From the human T2T-CHM13v2.0 reference genome, Homo sapiens, in the NCBI GenBank assembly GCA_009914755.4, contig CP068257.2, positions 10,176,001 to 10,240,000 on the forward strand: a stretch of DNA of 64,000 bases, in the 5' to 3' direction. Shown one piece after another: positions 11,201 through 26,705 of this stretch; position 1 is the first letter of the stretch; every line of letters begins with the position of its first letter. The translations under genes were made by a program, and so were the position numbers. Under the pieces are notes generated by a model. The model worked only from the letters and a program-made list of their open reading frames with translations, made no database searches and was not told where the DNA came from.

Positions 11201-14200
11201 CTGAGCTCACATTTCATTTCACCTTTCCATTCCATTACACTCCATTCCACTCCAGTCCACTCAACTCCACTCCACTCCATTCCATTCCATTCCACTCCAC
11301 TCCAATCCTCTCCTCTCCTCTCCATTCCATCTTATTCCATTCCATTCCATTCGACTCCACTCCACTCCACTCCGATCCTTTCTATAGCATCACTTTACAT
11401 TCCACTCCATTCCACTCCACTCCAGTCCACTCCACTCCACTCCTGTCCACTCCGCATCATTACACTCCATCCCATTCCATTCCACTCCATTCCACTCCAC
11501 TGCACTCCACTCCACTCCATTCCATTACATTCTGTCCCATTAGATTCCACTCCATACCACACCACTCCAGTCCACTCCACTCCGTTCCATTCCATACCAT
11601 TTCATTCCATTCCATTCCATCCCATCCCATTCCAGTCCATTCCATCCCATCCCATTCCATTCCATCCCATCCCATCCCATCCCATTCCATTCCATTCCAT
11701 TCCATTCCATCCCATCTCATCCCATCCCATCCCATACCATTCCATTCCATTCCATTCCATTCCATTCCATTCCATTCCATTTCTTTTGATTCCACTTCAC
11801 TGCAATCCATTCCCTTCTTTTGACAGGATCTCACTCTGTGACACAAGCTGGAGTGCAGTAGCACAATCTCATCTCACATTTCATTTCACCATTCCTTCCC
11901 ACTCCATTCCACTCCAGTGCACTCCACTCAACTCCACTACACTCCATTCCACTCCATTCTAATCCACTCCATTCGATTCCATTCCTTTCTCTGAGAGGAT
12001 CTCACTCTGTTAACCAGGCTGGAGTGCAGTGGCACAATTTCAGTTCATATTTCATTTCACGAGTCCATTCCATTCTATTCCATTCCATTCTACTCCCCTC
12101 CAGTCCACTCCACTCCGTTCCATTCCATTCCACTCCTCTCCACTCCACTGCAATGCACTCCATTCTGTTCCATCCTATTCCATTCCACTCCACTCCACTC
12201 CATTTCATCCCATTCAATTCCACTCCATTCCACTCCACTTCATTCCACTCCATCCCACTCAATTCCACTCTATTCCACTCCCATCAACTCCACTCCATTC
12301 CATTCCATTCCCTTCCATTCCATTCCTTTCTTTCGACAGGATCTCACTGTCACACCCAGATTGGAGTGCTGTGGCACAATCTCAGCTCATATTTCATTTC
12401 ACCATTCTATTCCATTTCATTCCATTGCATTCCACTCCATTCCATTCCATTGTATTCCATTCCATTCCATTCCTTTCCTTTCCATTCCGTTCAATTCCAT
12501 TCCATTCCATTTCATTCCATTCCATTCTATTCCATTCCACTCCACTCCACTCCACTCCATTTAACTCCACTCCATTCTATTCAATTCCACTCCACTCCAT
12601 TCCACTCCAATACACTCCACTCCACTCGGCTCCATTCCATTCCATTCCATTCCATTCCACTCCAGTGCACTCCACTCAACTCCACTCCACTAACCTCCAT
12701 TCCATTCCATTCCAATCCATCCCATTCTATTCCACTCCATTCCCCTCCACTCCACTCCCCTCCACTTCACTGCACTTTACTCCAATCCAGTCCACTCCTG
12801 TACACTCCACTCCATTCCACTCCATCCCATTCCATTCCACTCCACTTTACTGCACTCCACTCCATTCTATTCCATTCCACTCCTTTCCACTCCTTTCCTT
12901 TCTTTTGACAGGATCTCACTGTCACAACCCGGCTGGAGTGCCATGGCACAATTTCAGCTCACATTTCATTTCACCATTTTATTCCATTGCATTCCATCGC
13001 ATTCTATTCCATTCCATTCCATTGCATTCCACTACACTCCATTCCACTCCACTCCACTACACACGAGTCCATTCCATTGCTTTCCATTCCACTCCATTCC
13101 ACTTCACTGCATTCCAGTCGACTCCACTCCACTCCACTTCATTCCATTCCATTCCATCCCATTCTATTCCACTCCACTCCACTTTACTCCACTCCAGTCC
13201 ACTCCACTCCACTCCACCCACTCCACTACATTCCATTCCTCTCCATTATTTTCCAATCCATTCCATTCCTTTCCTTTCTTAAGACAGGATCTCACTCTGT
13301 CACCCAGGATGGAGTACAGTGGGACAGTCTCAGCTCACATTTCATTTCACCATAGCATTCCATTCCTTTTCATTCCATTGAATTATTTTAAATTCCATTC
13401 CATTCCATTCCACTTCACTCCACTTCACTCCATTGCACTCCATTCCATTCCATCCCATTCCATTCCACTCCATTCCACACCACTCCAATCCACTCCTTTC
13501 CATTCCATCCCATTCCATTCCACTCCATTCCACTCCAATCCACTCCACTCAACTCCACTCCACTCCTATCCACTCCATTCCATTCCACTCCATCCCATTC
13601 CATTCACGCCAATCCACTCCACTTCACTCCACTCCATTCCATTCCACTACACTCCTTTCCATTCCATTCCTTTCTTTTGACAGGATCTCACTCTGTCACC
13701 CAGGATGGAGTACAGTGGCACAATCTCAGTTCACATTTCATTTCACCATTCCATTGCATTCCATTACATTGCATTCCTTTCCATTCCATTCCATTCCACT
13801 CCACTCCACTCTTCTGCATTCCATTCCATTCCCTTCCATTCCATTCCATTCCACTGCATTCCATTCCACTCCACACCACTATATCCATTCCACTGTATTC
13901 CATTCTACTCCACTCCACTCCATTCCACTCTATGCCACTCCACTCCATGTCATTCCATCCCATTACATTCCACTCCATTCCACTCCACTCCACTCCACTC
14001 CATTCCATTCCATTCCATTCCATTCTACTCCATTCCATTCCATTCCTTTCTTTTGACAGGATCTCACTCTGTCACCCAGGCTGGAGTGCAGCAACACAAT
14101 TTCAGTTCACATTTCATTTCACCATTCCATTCCATTCCATTCCATTCCATTCCATTCCATTCCATTCTATTCCACCCCACTTCACTCCACTCCATTCCAT

Positions 14201-17200
14201 TCCATTCCATCCCATTCCACTCAACTCCCTTCCACTTCAGTCCACTCCAAACCACTGCACTCCATTCCATTCTATCCCTTTCCATTCCACTCCATTCCAT
14301 TCCACCACATTCCATTCCATTCCATTACACTCCATTCCATTCCATTCCACTACATTCCATTCCATTCCATTCCATTACACTCCATTCCGTTCCATTCCTT
14401 TCTTTCCACAGGATCTCACCCTGTCTCCCAGGCTGGAGTACAGTGGCAAAATCCCAGCTGACATTTCATTTCACCAATCCCTTCCACTGTATTCCATTCC
14501 ATTGCATTCCACTCCATTCCATTCAATTCCATTCCACTGCACTCCACACCACTCCACTCCATTCCATCCGGTTCCATTAGACTCCATTCCACTCAACTCC
14601 ACTCCATTTCACTCTACTGCATTCCATTACATTCCGTTATACTCCAATCAATTCCATTTCTTTGTTTTGAGAGGATCTCACTCTGTCACCCAGGCTGGAG
14701 AGCAGTGACAAAGATTCAGTTCACATTTCATTTCACCATTCCATTCCATTCCATTCCTTTCCATTCCATTCCATTAAATTCCATTCCACTCCATTCTATT
14801 CCACTCCACTCCACTCCACTCCAATTCACTCCATTCAATCCCATTCCATTCCACTCCATTCCTCTCCACTCCATTCCATTCCATTCCATCCATTCCATAC
14901 CATTCCATTCCCCTCCACTCCACTCCACTTTAGTCCACTCCACTCCACTCCACTCCACTCCATTCCACTCCATTCAATTCCATTGCACTCCATTCCGTTC
15001 CATTCCTTTCTTTTGACAGGATCTCACTCTCTCTCCCAGGTTGGAGTGCAGTGGCACAATCTCAGCTCACATTTCGTTTCACCATTACATTCCACTGCAT
15101 TCCAATCCATTCCATTTCATTACATTCCATTCCACTCCACTCCCCTATATACATTCCACTCCATTACATTCCATTACATTCCACTCCACTCCACTCCATT
15201 CCACTCTATGCCACTCCACTCCATGTCATTCCATCCCATTACATTCCACTCCATTCCACTCCACTCCACTCCACTCCACTCCACTCCATTCTATTCCATT
15301 CCATTCCATTCCATTCCATTCCATTCCGTTCCATTCTAATCCATTCCATTTTATTCCTTTCTTTGACAGGATCTCACTCTGTCACCCAGGCTGGAGTGCA
15401 GTAACACAATTGCAGTTCACATTTCATTTCACCATTCCATTCCATTCCTTTCATTTCCATTCCATTCCATTCTATTCCACTCCACTCCACTCCACTCCAC
15501 TCCATTCCATTCCATCCCGTTCCATTCAACTCTCTTCCTCTCCATTCCACTCCACACCACTCTAATCCATTCCATTCAACTCCCTTGCACTCCAGTACAC
15601 TCCACACCACTCAACTCCATTCCATTCAATCCCATTCAATTCCATTCCATTCCACTATACTTCACTCCACTACCCTCCTCTCCATTCAATTCCACTAGAA
15701 ACCATTCCATTCCACTCCACTCTACTCCTCTCCACTCCACTCCATTCCATTACATTCGAGTTCATTCCTTTCAATTCCAGTCCACTCCACTCCACTACAT
15801 TCCATTCAATTCCATCCCATTCCAATCCATTTCATTCCTCTCCATTCTACTGCACTCCACTCCACTCGTCTCCATTCCGTTCCATTTCATTGCACTCCAT
15901 TCCATTCCATTTCTTTCTTTTGTCAGCATCTCACTGTGTCACCCAGGCTGGAGTGCAGTGGCACAATCACAGCTCACATTTAATTTCACCATTCCATTCC
16001 ATTCCGTTCCATTCCATTGCACTCCAGTGCACTCCACTCTATTCCACTCCACTCCATTCCATTCCATTCCACTCCACTCCAGTCCTCTCCATTCCAATCC
16101 ATCCCTTTACATTCCACTCCATTCCACATCACTCAACGCCACTCCACTCCAAACCATTACATTCCTTTCCATCCCATTCCATTCCACTCCACTCCACTCC
16201 ACCCCACTCCTCTCCATTCAATTCAATTCCTTTCCATTCCACTCCATTCCATTCCATCCCTTTCTTTTGACAGGGTCTCACTGTCTCACACAGGCTGGAG
16301 TACAGTGGCACAATCTGAGCTCACATTTCATTTCACCTTTCCATTCCATTCCACTCCATTCCACTCTAGTCCACTCAACTCCACTCCACTTCATTCCATT
16401 CCATTCCACTTCACTCCACTTTTCTCCTCTCCTCTCCATTCCATCCCATTCCATTCCACTCAACACCACTGCACTCCACTCCACTCCGATCCTTTCCATT
16501 GCATCACATTGCATTCCACTCCTTTCCGCTCCACTCCACTCCACTCCACTACATTCCATTCCATTCAATTCCAGTACACTCCATAACATTACTTTCCTTT
16601 CTTTCAACAGGATCTCACTCTGTCACCAAGGCTGGAGTTTAGTGGCACAATCTCAGCTCACATTTCATTTCACCATTCCGTTCCATTCCATTCCATTCCA
16701 TTCCATTCCATTCCTACTCCATTTCATCCACTCCACTCCACTCCACTCCATTTCACTCCATTCGACTCCATTCAACTCCACTCCATTCCACTCCAATCCA
16801 CTCCACTCCACTCGATTGTATTCCACTCCATTCCATTTCATTCCAGTCCATACCATTCCATTCCATTCCACTCCATTCCATTCCACTCCACTCCATTAGA
16901 CTCAGAGCACTCCACTCCATTTGACTCCACTCCACTCCATTCCACTCCATTCCTTCCACTCCACTGCATTCCATTTCACTCCATTCCACTCCATTCCACT
17001 CTATTCCACTCCACTCCATTCCACTCCAATCCATTCCACTCCACTCCATTTCATTCCACTCCATTCCATTCCACTCCACTCCATTCCATTCCATTATACT
17101 CCATTTCGTTCCATTCCTTTATTTCGACTGGATCTTACTCTGTCACACATACTGGAGTGCAGTGGCACAATCTTAGCTCACATTTAACTTCACCATTCCA

Positions 17201-19359
17201 TTCCATTTCATTCTATTCCATTCCATTGCATTCCACTCCACTTCACTCCACTCCATTCCACTCCACTCCTCTCCACTCCACGACTCTACACTCCACTCCG
17301 TTCCATTTCATTCCATTCCATTCCAATGCATTCCGATCCACTCCACTCAACTCCACTCCACTCCATTCCATTCCGTTCCATTTTGTTCCATTCTCTTCCA
17401 TTCCACTCCAATCCTTTCCACTCCCCTCCTTTCCACTGCACTCCATTTCACTCTACTGCCCTCCATTCCACTCCAACGCACTCCAACCCACTACACTCCA
17501 CTCCATTACATTCCAATGCACTTCATCCCATTCCATTCAATTCCATTCTGGTCCATTCCACTCCATTCCACTCCATTCCACAACACTTCATTCCACTCCA
17601 ATCCATTCCACTCCACTCCAATCCATTCCACTCCATTCCATTCATTTCCACTCCATTCCTTTCCATTCCACTCCACTCCATTCCACTCCATTCCTCTCCA
17701 CTCCATTCCACTCCACTCCATTCCACTCCACCCTACTCCAATCCACTCCATTCCATTCCAGTCCACTCCATTCCATTCCATTCTACTTCGTTCCTTTCCA
17801 TTCCATTATTTCGACTGGATCTTCCTCTGTCACCGAGACAGGAGTGCAGTGGCACAATCTTAGCTCACATTTCATTTCCCCTTTCCATTCCATTGCATTC
17901 CATTCCATTCCATGTCTTTCCATTCCACTCCACTCCACTCCACTCTACTCCATTCCGTTCTGATCCATTCCATTCCATTGCATTCCGATCCATTCCATTC
18001 CATTCCTCTCCACTCCATTCCATTCCACTCAATTTCATTCTATTCCACTCAACTCCACTGCAGTCTTCTCCACTTCACTCCACTCCATTCCACTACAATC
18101 AACTAAACTCCACTCTACTCCACTCCATTCCATTCCATTCCATTCCATGCAACTACACTCTGATCATCTCCACTCAACTCCATTCCACTCCACTCACTCC
18201 GTTTCATTCCGTTCCATTCCAGTTCTTTCCGTTACTTTCCATTCCACTCCACTCCAGTCAACTCCACTCTATTTCACTCCATTCCACTCCTATCGACTCC
18301 ACTCCAATCCAGTACACTTCACTCCATTACATTCCACTCCATTCTATTCCATTCCATTCCATTCCACTCCACTCCACTCCACTCCATTCCATTCCACTCC
18401 ATTCCACTCCATTCCAAACCACGCCACTCCACTCCACTCCATTGTCATTCCATTACATTACATTCCAATCCATTCCACTCCACGCCACTCCACCCTATTC
18501 CATTCCATTCCATTTCATTGTACTCCATTCTATTCCATTCCTTTCTTTCGACAGGATCTCACTCTGTCACACAGGCTGGAGTGCAGTAACACAATTTTAG
18601 TTCACATTTCATTTCACCATTCCATTCCATTCCATTCCTTTCCATTCCATTCCATTCTATTCCATTTTTTTCCACTCCACTCCACTCCCCTCCACTCCAT
18701 TCCATTCCATCCCATTAAATTCAACTCCCTTCCACTCCAGTCCACTCCACACCACTCCACTCCATTCCATTAAACTCCCTACCACTTCTGTCCACTCCAC
18801 ACCACTACACTCCATTCCAGTCCATCCCATTCCATTCCACTCCATTCCACTCCACTCCATTCCATTCAATTCCGTTCCTTTCCATTACACACCATTCCAT
18901 TCCATCCCTTTCTTTCGACAGGGTCTCACTGTCTCACACAGGCTGGAGCACAGTGGCAAAATCTGAGCTCACATCTCATTTCTCCTTTCCATTCCATTCC
19001 ACTCCATTCCACTCCAGTCTACTCAACTCCACTCCACTCCATTCCATTCCACTCCACTTTTCTCCTCTCCTCTGCATTCCATCCCATTCCATTCCACTCC
19101 ATTAAACTGCACTCTACTCCCCTCCAATCCTTTCCATTGAATCACATTGCATTCCACTCCATTCCACTGAACTCTACTCCACTCCACTCCACTACATTCC
19201 ATTCCATTCAATTCCAGTACACTCCATAACATTACTTTCCTATGTTTTGACAGGATCTCACTCTGTCACCCAGGCTGGAGTGCAGTGGCACAATCTCAGC
19301 TCACATTTCATTTCACCATTCAGTTCCATTCCATTCCATTCCATTCCATTGCATTTCAT
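8244..19359 (+). repeat. Pentameric (CCATT)n/(GGAAT)n satellite, HSat3-like, block A. It is punctuated about every 175-730 bp (mean about 410 bp) by a conserved Alu-derived fragment.
   Basis: Degenerate ccatt/ccact/ccagt pentamers dominate. About 27 copies of 'tt(t)c(t)tttgacaggatctcactctgtcacccaggctggagtgcagtggcacaatctcagctcacatttcatttcacc' are present, e.g. at about 8379, 8590, 9030, 9430, 9906, 10375, 10710, 11155 ... 19250. The fragment matches the antisense 3' end of the Alu right arm. Confidence 0.93.
8857..8970 (+). repeat. (CACTA)n variant pentamer microsatellite expansion (about 14 pure units plus degenerate flanks) inside HSat3
   Basis: 'cactacactacactacactacactacactacactacactacactacactacactacac' is read directly at 8881-8968. 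Confidence 0.9.
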
Positions 19360-20427
19360 TCCACTCCACTCCACTCCATTTCACTCCATTCGACTCCATC
19401 ACACTCCACTCCACACCACTCCAATCCACTCGACTCCACTCCATTGCTATCCAGTCCATTCCATTTCATTCCAACCCAATCCATTCCATTCCATTCCACT
19501 CCATTCCACTCCATTCCACTCCATTCCATTCCACTCCAATCCACTCCACTCAGTGTACCCCACTCCATTCGACTCCACTCCACTCCATTCCACTCCATTC
19601 CTTCCATTCCACTCCATTACGTTTCACTCCATTCCACTCCATTCCACTCTATTCCACTCCACTCCATTCCATTCCACTCCATTCCATTTCATTCCCCTCC
19701 ATTCCATTCCACTCCACTCCCTTCCATTCCATTCTACTCCATTTCCTTCCATTCTTTTATTTTGACTGGATCTCACTCTGTTACACATACTGGAGTGCAG
19801 TGGCACAATCAGTTCACATTTCATTTCACCATTCCATTCCATTTCATTCTATTCCATTCCATTCCACTCCACGCCACTACACTACACTCAACTCCACTCC
19901 ATTCCACTCTACTCCATTCCGTTCTGTTCCATTCCATTCTGTTCCATTACATTGCATTGCATTCCATTCCATTCCATTCCATTCCTCTCGACTCCATTCC
20001 ACTCCACTCAATTCCACCCCATTCCACTCAACTCCACTGCAGTCCTCTCCACTCCACTCCATTCCACTACAGTACACTAAACTCCACTCTACTCCACTCA
20101 ATTTCCATCCATTCCATTCCATTCCATGCAACTGCACTCCGATCAACTGCACTCAACTCCACTCCACTCACTCCATTTCATTCGGTTCTGTTGCAGCTGT
20201 TCCGTTCCTTTCAATTCCACTCAATTGCATTCCACTCCACTCCAGTCCGCTCCACTCCATTTTCTCCATTCCACTCCTATCCACTCCACTCCACTCCAAT
20301 CCACTCCACTCCTCTCCATTACATTCCACTCCATTCTTCTCCATTCCTCTCCATTCCATTCCATTCCACTCCATTCCCCTCCGCTCCACTCCATTCCATT
20401 CCACTCCACTCAATTCCACTCCACTAA

Positions 20428-20998
<571 letters not shown>

Positions 20999-23900
20999 GC
21001 AGTGGCACAATCTTAGCACACATTTCATTTCACCATTCCATTCCATTACACTCCACTCAATTCCATTCCATTCCACCACGCTCCACTACACTCTACTTCC
21101 CTCCACTCCATGCCACTCCACTCCATTCCACTCGACTCCTTTCCATTCCATTGCATTCAATTCCATTCTATTCCATTCCATTCCAGTGCACTCCTATCCA
21201 CTCCACTCAACTCCAATACACACCACTCCACTCCTCTCTGTTCCATTCCTTTCCATTCCATTCCGTTCTCTTCCATGCCATTTCTTTCCATTCCATTCCA
21301 TTCCACTCCACTCCATTCCATTCCACTCCACTCCATTCCATTCCACTCCATTCCATTCCATTCCACTCCACTCCACTCCATTCCATTTCACTCCACTCCA
21401 CTCCATTCCATTCCTTTCCATTGCATTCCATTAAATTCCACACCACTCCGATCCACTCCACTCAACTCCACTCCAATCCACTCCACTCCAATCTGTTCCT
21501 TTCCGTTCCATTCCATTCCTTTCAATTCCATTCCTTTCCATTCCATTCCAATGCACTTCAGTCCATTCCATTCCACTCCACTGCATTTCTCTCCATTCCA
21601 CTCCATTAAAATCCTCTCTAATCCACTCCACACCATTGCACTCCTTTCCACCCCACTCCAGTCCATTCCACTCCAATCCATTCCATTCCACTCCACTCAT
21701 CTCCACTCCACCCCATTCCATTCCCTCCACCCCATTCCATTCTACTTCTTTCCATTCCTCTCCAGTCCATTCCACTCCAATCCACTTCATTCCATTTCAC
21801 TCCACTCCATTCCATTCCGTTACATTGCAATCCATTCCATGCCATTCCACTCCATTCCATTCCACTGTCCTCCACTCCACTCCACACTACTCCATTACAT
21901 TCCTTTGCATTCCACTAGACTCCATTCCTTTCCATTCCATTCCATTTCACTGCACTCGGATACAATCCACTGAACTCCACTGTACTCCACTCCACTCCAT
22001 TCCGTTCCTTTCCATACCTTTGCGTTCCATTTCATTCCATACCGTTCCATTCCATTCCATTCCACTCCACTCCATTCCATTCCAATTCAATCCACTCCAC
22101 TCTACTCCACTCCACTCCACTGTAACCCACATCACTCTTTTCCATTCCATTCCATTCCACTGCACTACAATCCACTCCATTCAGCTCCACTCTAATCCAT
22201 TCCACTCCACTCCATTCCATTCAATTCCGTTGCGTTCTGTTCCGTTCCATTCCATTCCACTCCATTCTATTCCACTACAATCCATACCACTCCACTACAT
22301 TTCTTTCATTTCCATTCCATTACAGTCCACTCGACTCCACTCCAGTACACTCCATTCAATTCCATTCCACTCCATTCTATTCCAGTCCACTCCATTCCTT
22401 TTCATTCCGTTCCAATCCATTCCACTCCATTACACTCCACTCCACTACACTTCATTCCACTCCACTCCAAACCATTACACTCCACTCCACTCCAATCCAT
22501 TCTACTCCACTACACTCCATTCCATTCCATCCCATTCCACTCTACCCCACACCACTCCACTCCACCCCACACCACTCCACTCCATTCCATTCCACTCCAC
22601 TCCATTCCATTGCAATCCATTTCATTCCATTCCATTCCACTCCACTCTGAACCACTCCACTCAATTCCACTGCATTCCACTCCACTCCACTTAGTTCTGT
22701 TCTGTTTCTTCCCATTCCATTCCTTTACATTCCATTCCATTCCTTTCCACTCCACTGTGAACCACTTCACTTAACTCCACTTCATTCCTGTCCAATCCAC
22801 TCAGTTCCGTTCTGTTTCTTTCTTTCCGTTCCATTCCATTCCATTCCATTTCGTTCCATTCCATTCCAATCCCCTTCATTCCATTGCAGTCCACATCACT
22901 CCACTACACTCCATTCCATTCCACTCCACACCATTCCACTCCACTCCATTGCATTCCACTCCACTACAGTCCATTCCATTCCACTCTACTCCACACCACT
23001 CCACTACACTCCATTCCATTCCATTCCATTCCATTCCATTCCATTCCATTCCATTCCATTCCATTCCATTCCAATCCACTCCATTCCATTCCAATCCATT
23101 CCATTCCTTTCTATTCCATTCCACTATGAACCTCTCCACTCAACTCCACTGCATTCCAGTCCACTCCACTCAGGTCCTTTCTGTTTCTTTCCATTCCATT
23201 CCATTCCATTCCATTCCATTCCATTCCGTTCCATTTCATTCCAATCCTCTCCATTCCATTACAGTCCATTCAACTCCACTCCACTCCACTCAAATCCGCT
23301 TCACTCCACTCCACTCCGCTCCACTCAATTTCATTCCACTCCATTCCATTCCATTACACTCCATTACATTACATTCCATTGCTCTCCATACCCCTCCATT
23401 CCACTCCACTCCATTCTACTCCACTCATCTCCACTCCACTCCATTCCACTCCATTCCATTCCATTCCATTCCATTCCATTCCATTCCATTCCACTCCATT
23501 CCACTCCATTCCATTCCACTCCATTCCATTCCATTCCATTCCATTCCATTCCATTCCATTCCACTCCATTCCATTCCATTCCACTCCATTCCATTCCACT
23601 CCATGCCATTCCACTCCACTCCTTTCCTTCCCATTCTACTCCATTGCATTCCAGTCCTTTATTTCAAATGGATCTCACTCTGTCACCCAGAAAGGAGTGC
23701 AGTGGCACAATTTTAGCTCACCTTTCATTTCACCATTCCATTCCATTCCATTCCCTTCCATTCCATTCCATTCTACTCCACTCCATTCCATTCCACTTCA
23801 CTCCATTCCACTCTACTCCCTTCCATTCCATTCCACTCCACCCCATTCCTTTCCATCCATTTGCATTCCTTTCCATTCCACTGCACTCCAATCCACTCCA

Positions 23901-25016
23901 CTCAACTCCTCTCCACTGCTCTCCACTCCGTTCCTTTCTTTTCCATTCCATTTCATTTCATTACTTTCCATTCCGTTACATTCCATTTCATTCCACTCCA
24001 CTCCACTCCATTCCATTTCACACCATTCCACTCAACTCCCCACCACTCCACTACACTCTACTTCACTCCACTCCATTCCTTTCCATTCCATTCCATTCCA
24101 CTGCACTCGGTTTCACTCCACTCAACTCCACTCCATTCGACTCCACTCCACTCTGTTCCATTCCATTCCATTCTGTTTCATTCCATTCCACTCCTTTCCA
24201 TTCCTCTCCCCTCCATATCACTCCACTCCATTTCCCTCCATTCCACTCCTTTTTACTCGACTCCTCTCCAATACACTTTACTCCATTCCATTCCAATCCA
24301 TTCCTTTCCAGTCCACTCCATTCCATTCCATTCCATTCCCCTCCATTCCACTCCATTCCACACCACTCCGTTCCACTCCCTTACACTCCACTCCACTCCA
24401 TTTCATTCCACTCCACTCCATTCTATTCCATTCCATTCCTCTCCACTACATTCCATTCAAATCCATCAAATTCCTTTCCATTCCACTGCACTGCGACCCA
24501 CTCCTCTCAACTCCACTCCACTCCACTCCATTCCATTCCGTTCCACTCCATTCTGTTCCATTCAATTACATACCACTCCACTCCTTCCATTCCACTCCAT
24601 TCCACTCCACTCTACACAACTTCTCACAACTCCAGTCAATTCCACTCAATTCCACTCACTGCACTCCATTCCAGTCCATTTCATTCGATTCAAGTGCACT
24701 CCGATCCACTCCAGTGAACTCCTCTCCACTCCACCACACTCCTTTCCATTCTCTTCCATTCTGTTCCATTCCATTCCAATCCATTCAATTCCACTCCACT
24801 CCATTCCACTGCACTCCATTTCACAACATTCCACTCCATTCCATTGCACTCCACTGCATTCCACTCCATTCCACTCCACTCCATTCCCTCCCTTTCCACT
24901 GCATTCCATTCCATTCCATTAAACTCCACTCCACTCCGTTCCACTCCACTCCATTTCACTCCATTTCACTCCATTCCACTCCACTCCACTCCATTCCACT
25001 CCATTCCATTTCACTC

Positions 25017-25378
25017 CAACCCATTCCATTTCATTTTACTCCATACCTTTCCATTCCTTTATTTTGACTGGATCTAACTTTGTCACCTAGACTGTAGTGC
25101 AGTTGCAGAATCTTAGCTCACATTTCATTTCACTATTCCATTCCATTCCATTCCATTCCATTCCATTCCACTCCACTCCACTCCATTCCATTTCACTCCA
25201 ACCCATTCCATTTCATTTTACTCCATACCTTTCCATTCCTTTATTTTGACTGGATCTAACTTTGTCACCCAGACTGTAGTGCAGTTGCAGAATCTTAGCT
25301 CACATTTCATTTCACTATTCCATTCCATTCCATTCCATTCCACTCCACTCCACTCCACTCCACCCCACTCCATTCCAC
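25017..25378 (+). repeat. Local 2x about 181-bp tandem duplication inside the HSat3 unit (includes the Alu-fragment motif). It is mirrored at 52674-53035 in copy 2.
   Basis: 'aacccattccatttcattttactccatacctttccattcctttattttgactggatctaactttgtcacc(t/c)agactgtagtgcagttgcagaatcttagctcacatttcatttcactattcc' occurs twice consecutively. Confidence 0.85.
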
Positions 25379-26705
25379 TCCACTCCACTCCACTTCACTC
25401 CACTCCATTGCATTCCACTCCACTCCACTCTTTTCCATTCCATTCCATTTAATTCCATTCCATTGCACTCCCATCATCTCCACTCAGCTCCACTCCACTC
25501 CACTCCACTCCCTTCTGTTCCGTTCCATTCCATTCCATTCCATTCCATTCCATTCCTTTCCATTCCATTCCACTCCATTCAATTCCATTCCACTCCATTC
25601 TGCTCCACTCCATTCCACTCCACTCCACTCCACTCCACTCCGTTCCATTCCATTCCTTTCCTTTCCACTACAGTCCGATCCCCTCCACTCAACTCCACTC
25701 CATTGCACTACACTCCACTCTGTTCCATTCCATTCCGTTCTGTTCAGTTCCGTTCCGTTCCGTTCCGTTGCATTCCTCTCCATTCCATTCCACTCCACTC
25801 CATTTAACTCCACTCCTTTTCACTCCATTCTAATCCATTCGTTTCCATTCCACACCACTCCTTTCCATTCCATTCCACTAAATTCCATTCCATTCCTTTC
25901 CAAACCACTCCACTTCATTCCACTCCACTCCACTCCATTCCTCTTCAATCCATTCCACTCTACTCCACTCCATTCCACGCTATTCCATTCCGTTCCACTC
26001 CATTCCATTTCATTCCATTCCACTCCATTCCACTCGATTCGACTCCACTCCATTCCAATGCACTCCACTCCATTCCACTCCATTCCATTCCACTTCACTC
26101 CATTACATTCCACTTCACTCCATTCCATTCCATCCAACTACATGCCATTCCGTTCTCTTATTTAGACTGAATCTCACTCTGTCACCCAGACTGGAGTGCA
26201 GTGGCAGAATCTTAGATCACATTTCATTTAACCATTCCATTCCAATCCATTCCATTCGACTCCATTCCATTCCATTCCACACCACTCCATTCCACTCCAC
26301 TCCACTCCATTCCATTCCACTGCACTCCATTCCATTCCTTTCCATTCCATTCCACTGCACTCAGATCAGCTCCACTCAACTCCACTGCACTCCATTCCAC
26401 TCCATTCCTATCTGTTGCATTCCTTTCCATTCCATTCCATTCCATTCAATTCCACTCCACTCCATTCCATTCTTCTCCATTCTACTCCATTCCACTCCTC
26501 TCCACTGCACTCCACTCCACTTCATTCCATTCCATTCCATTCCACTCCATTCCATTCCATTCCACTCCATTCCACTCCATTCTACTCCATTCCTTTCCAT
26601 TCTATTCCTGTCCTTTCCACTACACTCCATTCCACTCCACTCTACTCCATTCCCCTCCATTCCATTCCACTCCAATCCATTCCATTACATTCCACTGCAT
26701 TCCAT

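Noticed and set aside
8244-19359. Regularly spaced conserved about 60-bp repeats separated by variable-length 'spacers' (CRISPR-like appearance)
   Set aside because: The repeats are an Alu-derived fragment. The 'spacers' are pentameric satellite of variable length (175-730 bp). The context is primate satellite DNA. This is not a CRISPR array.
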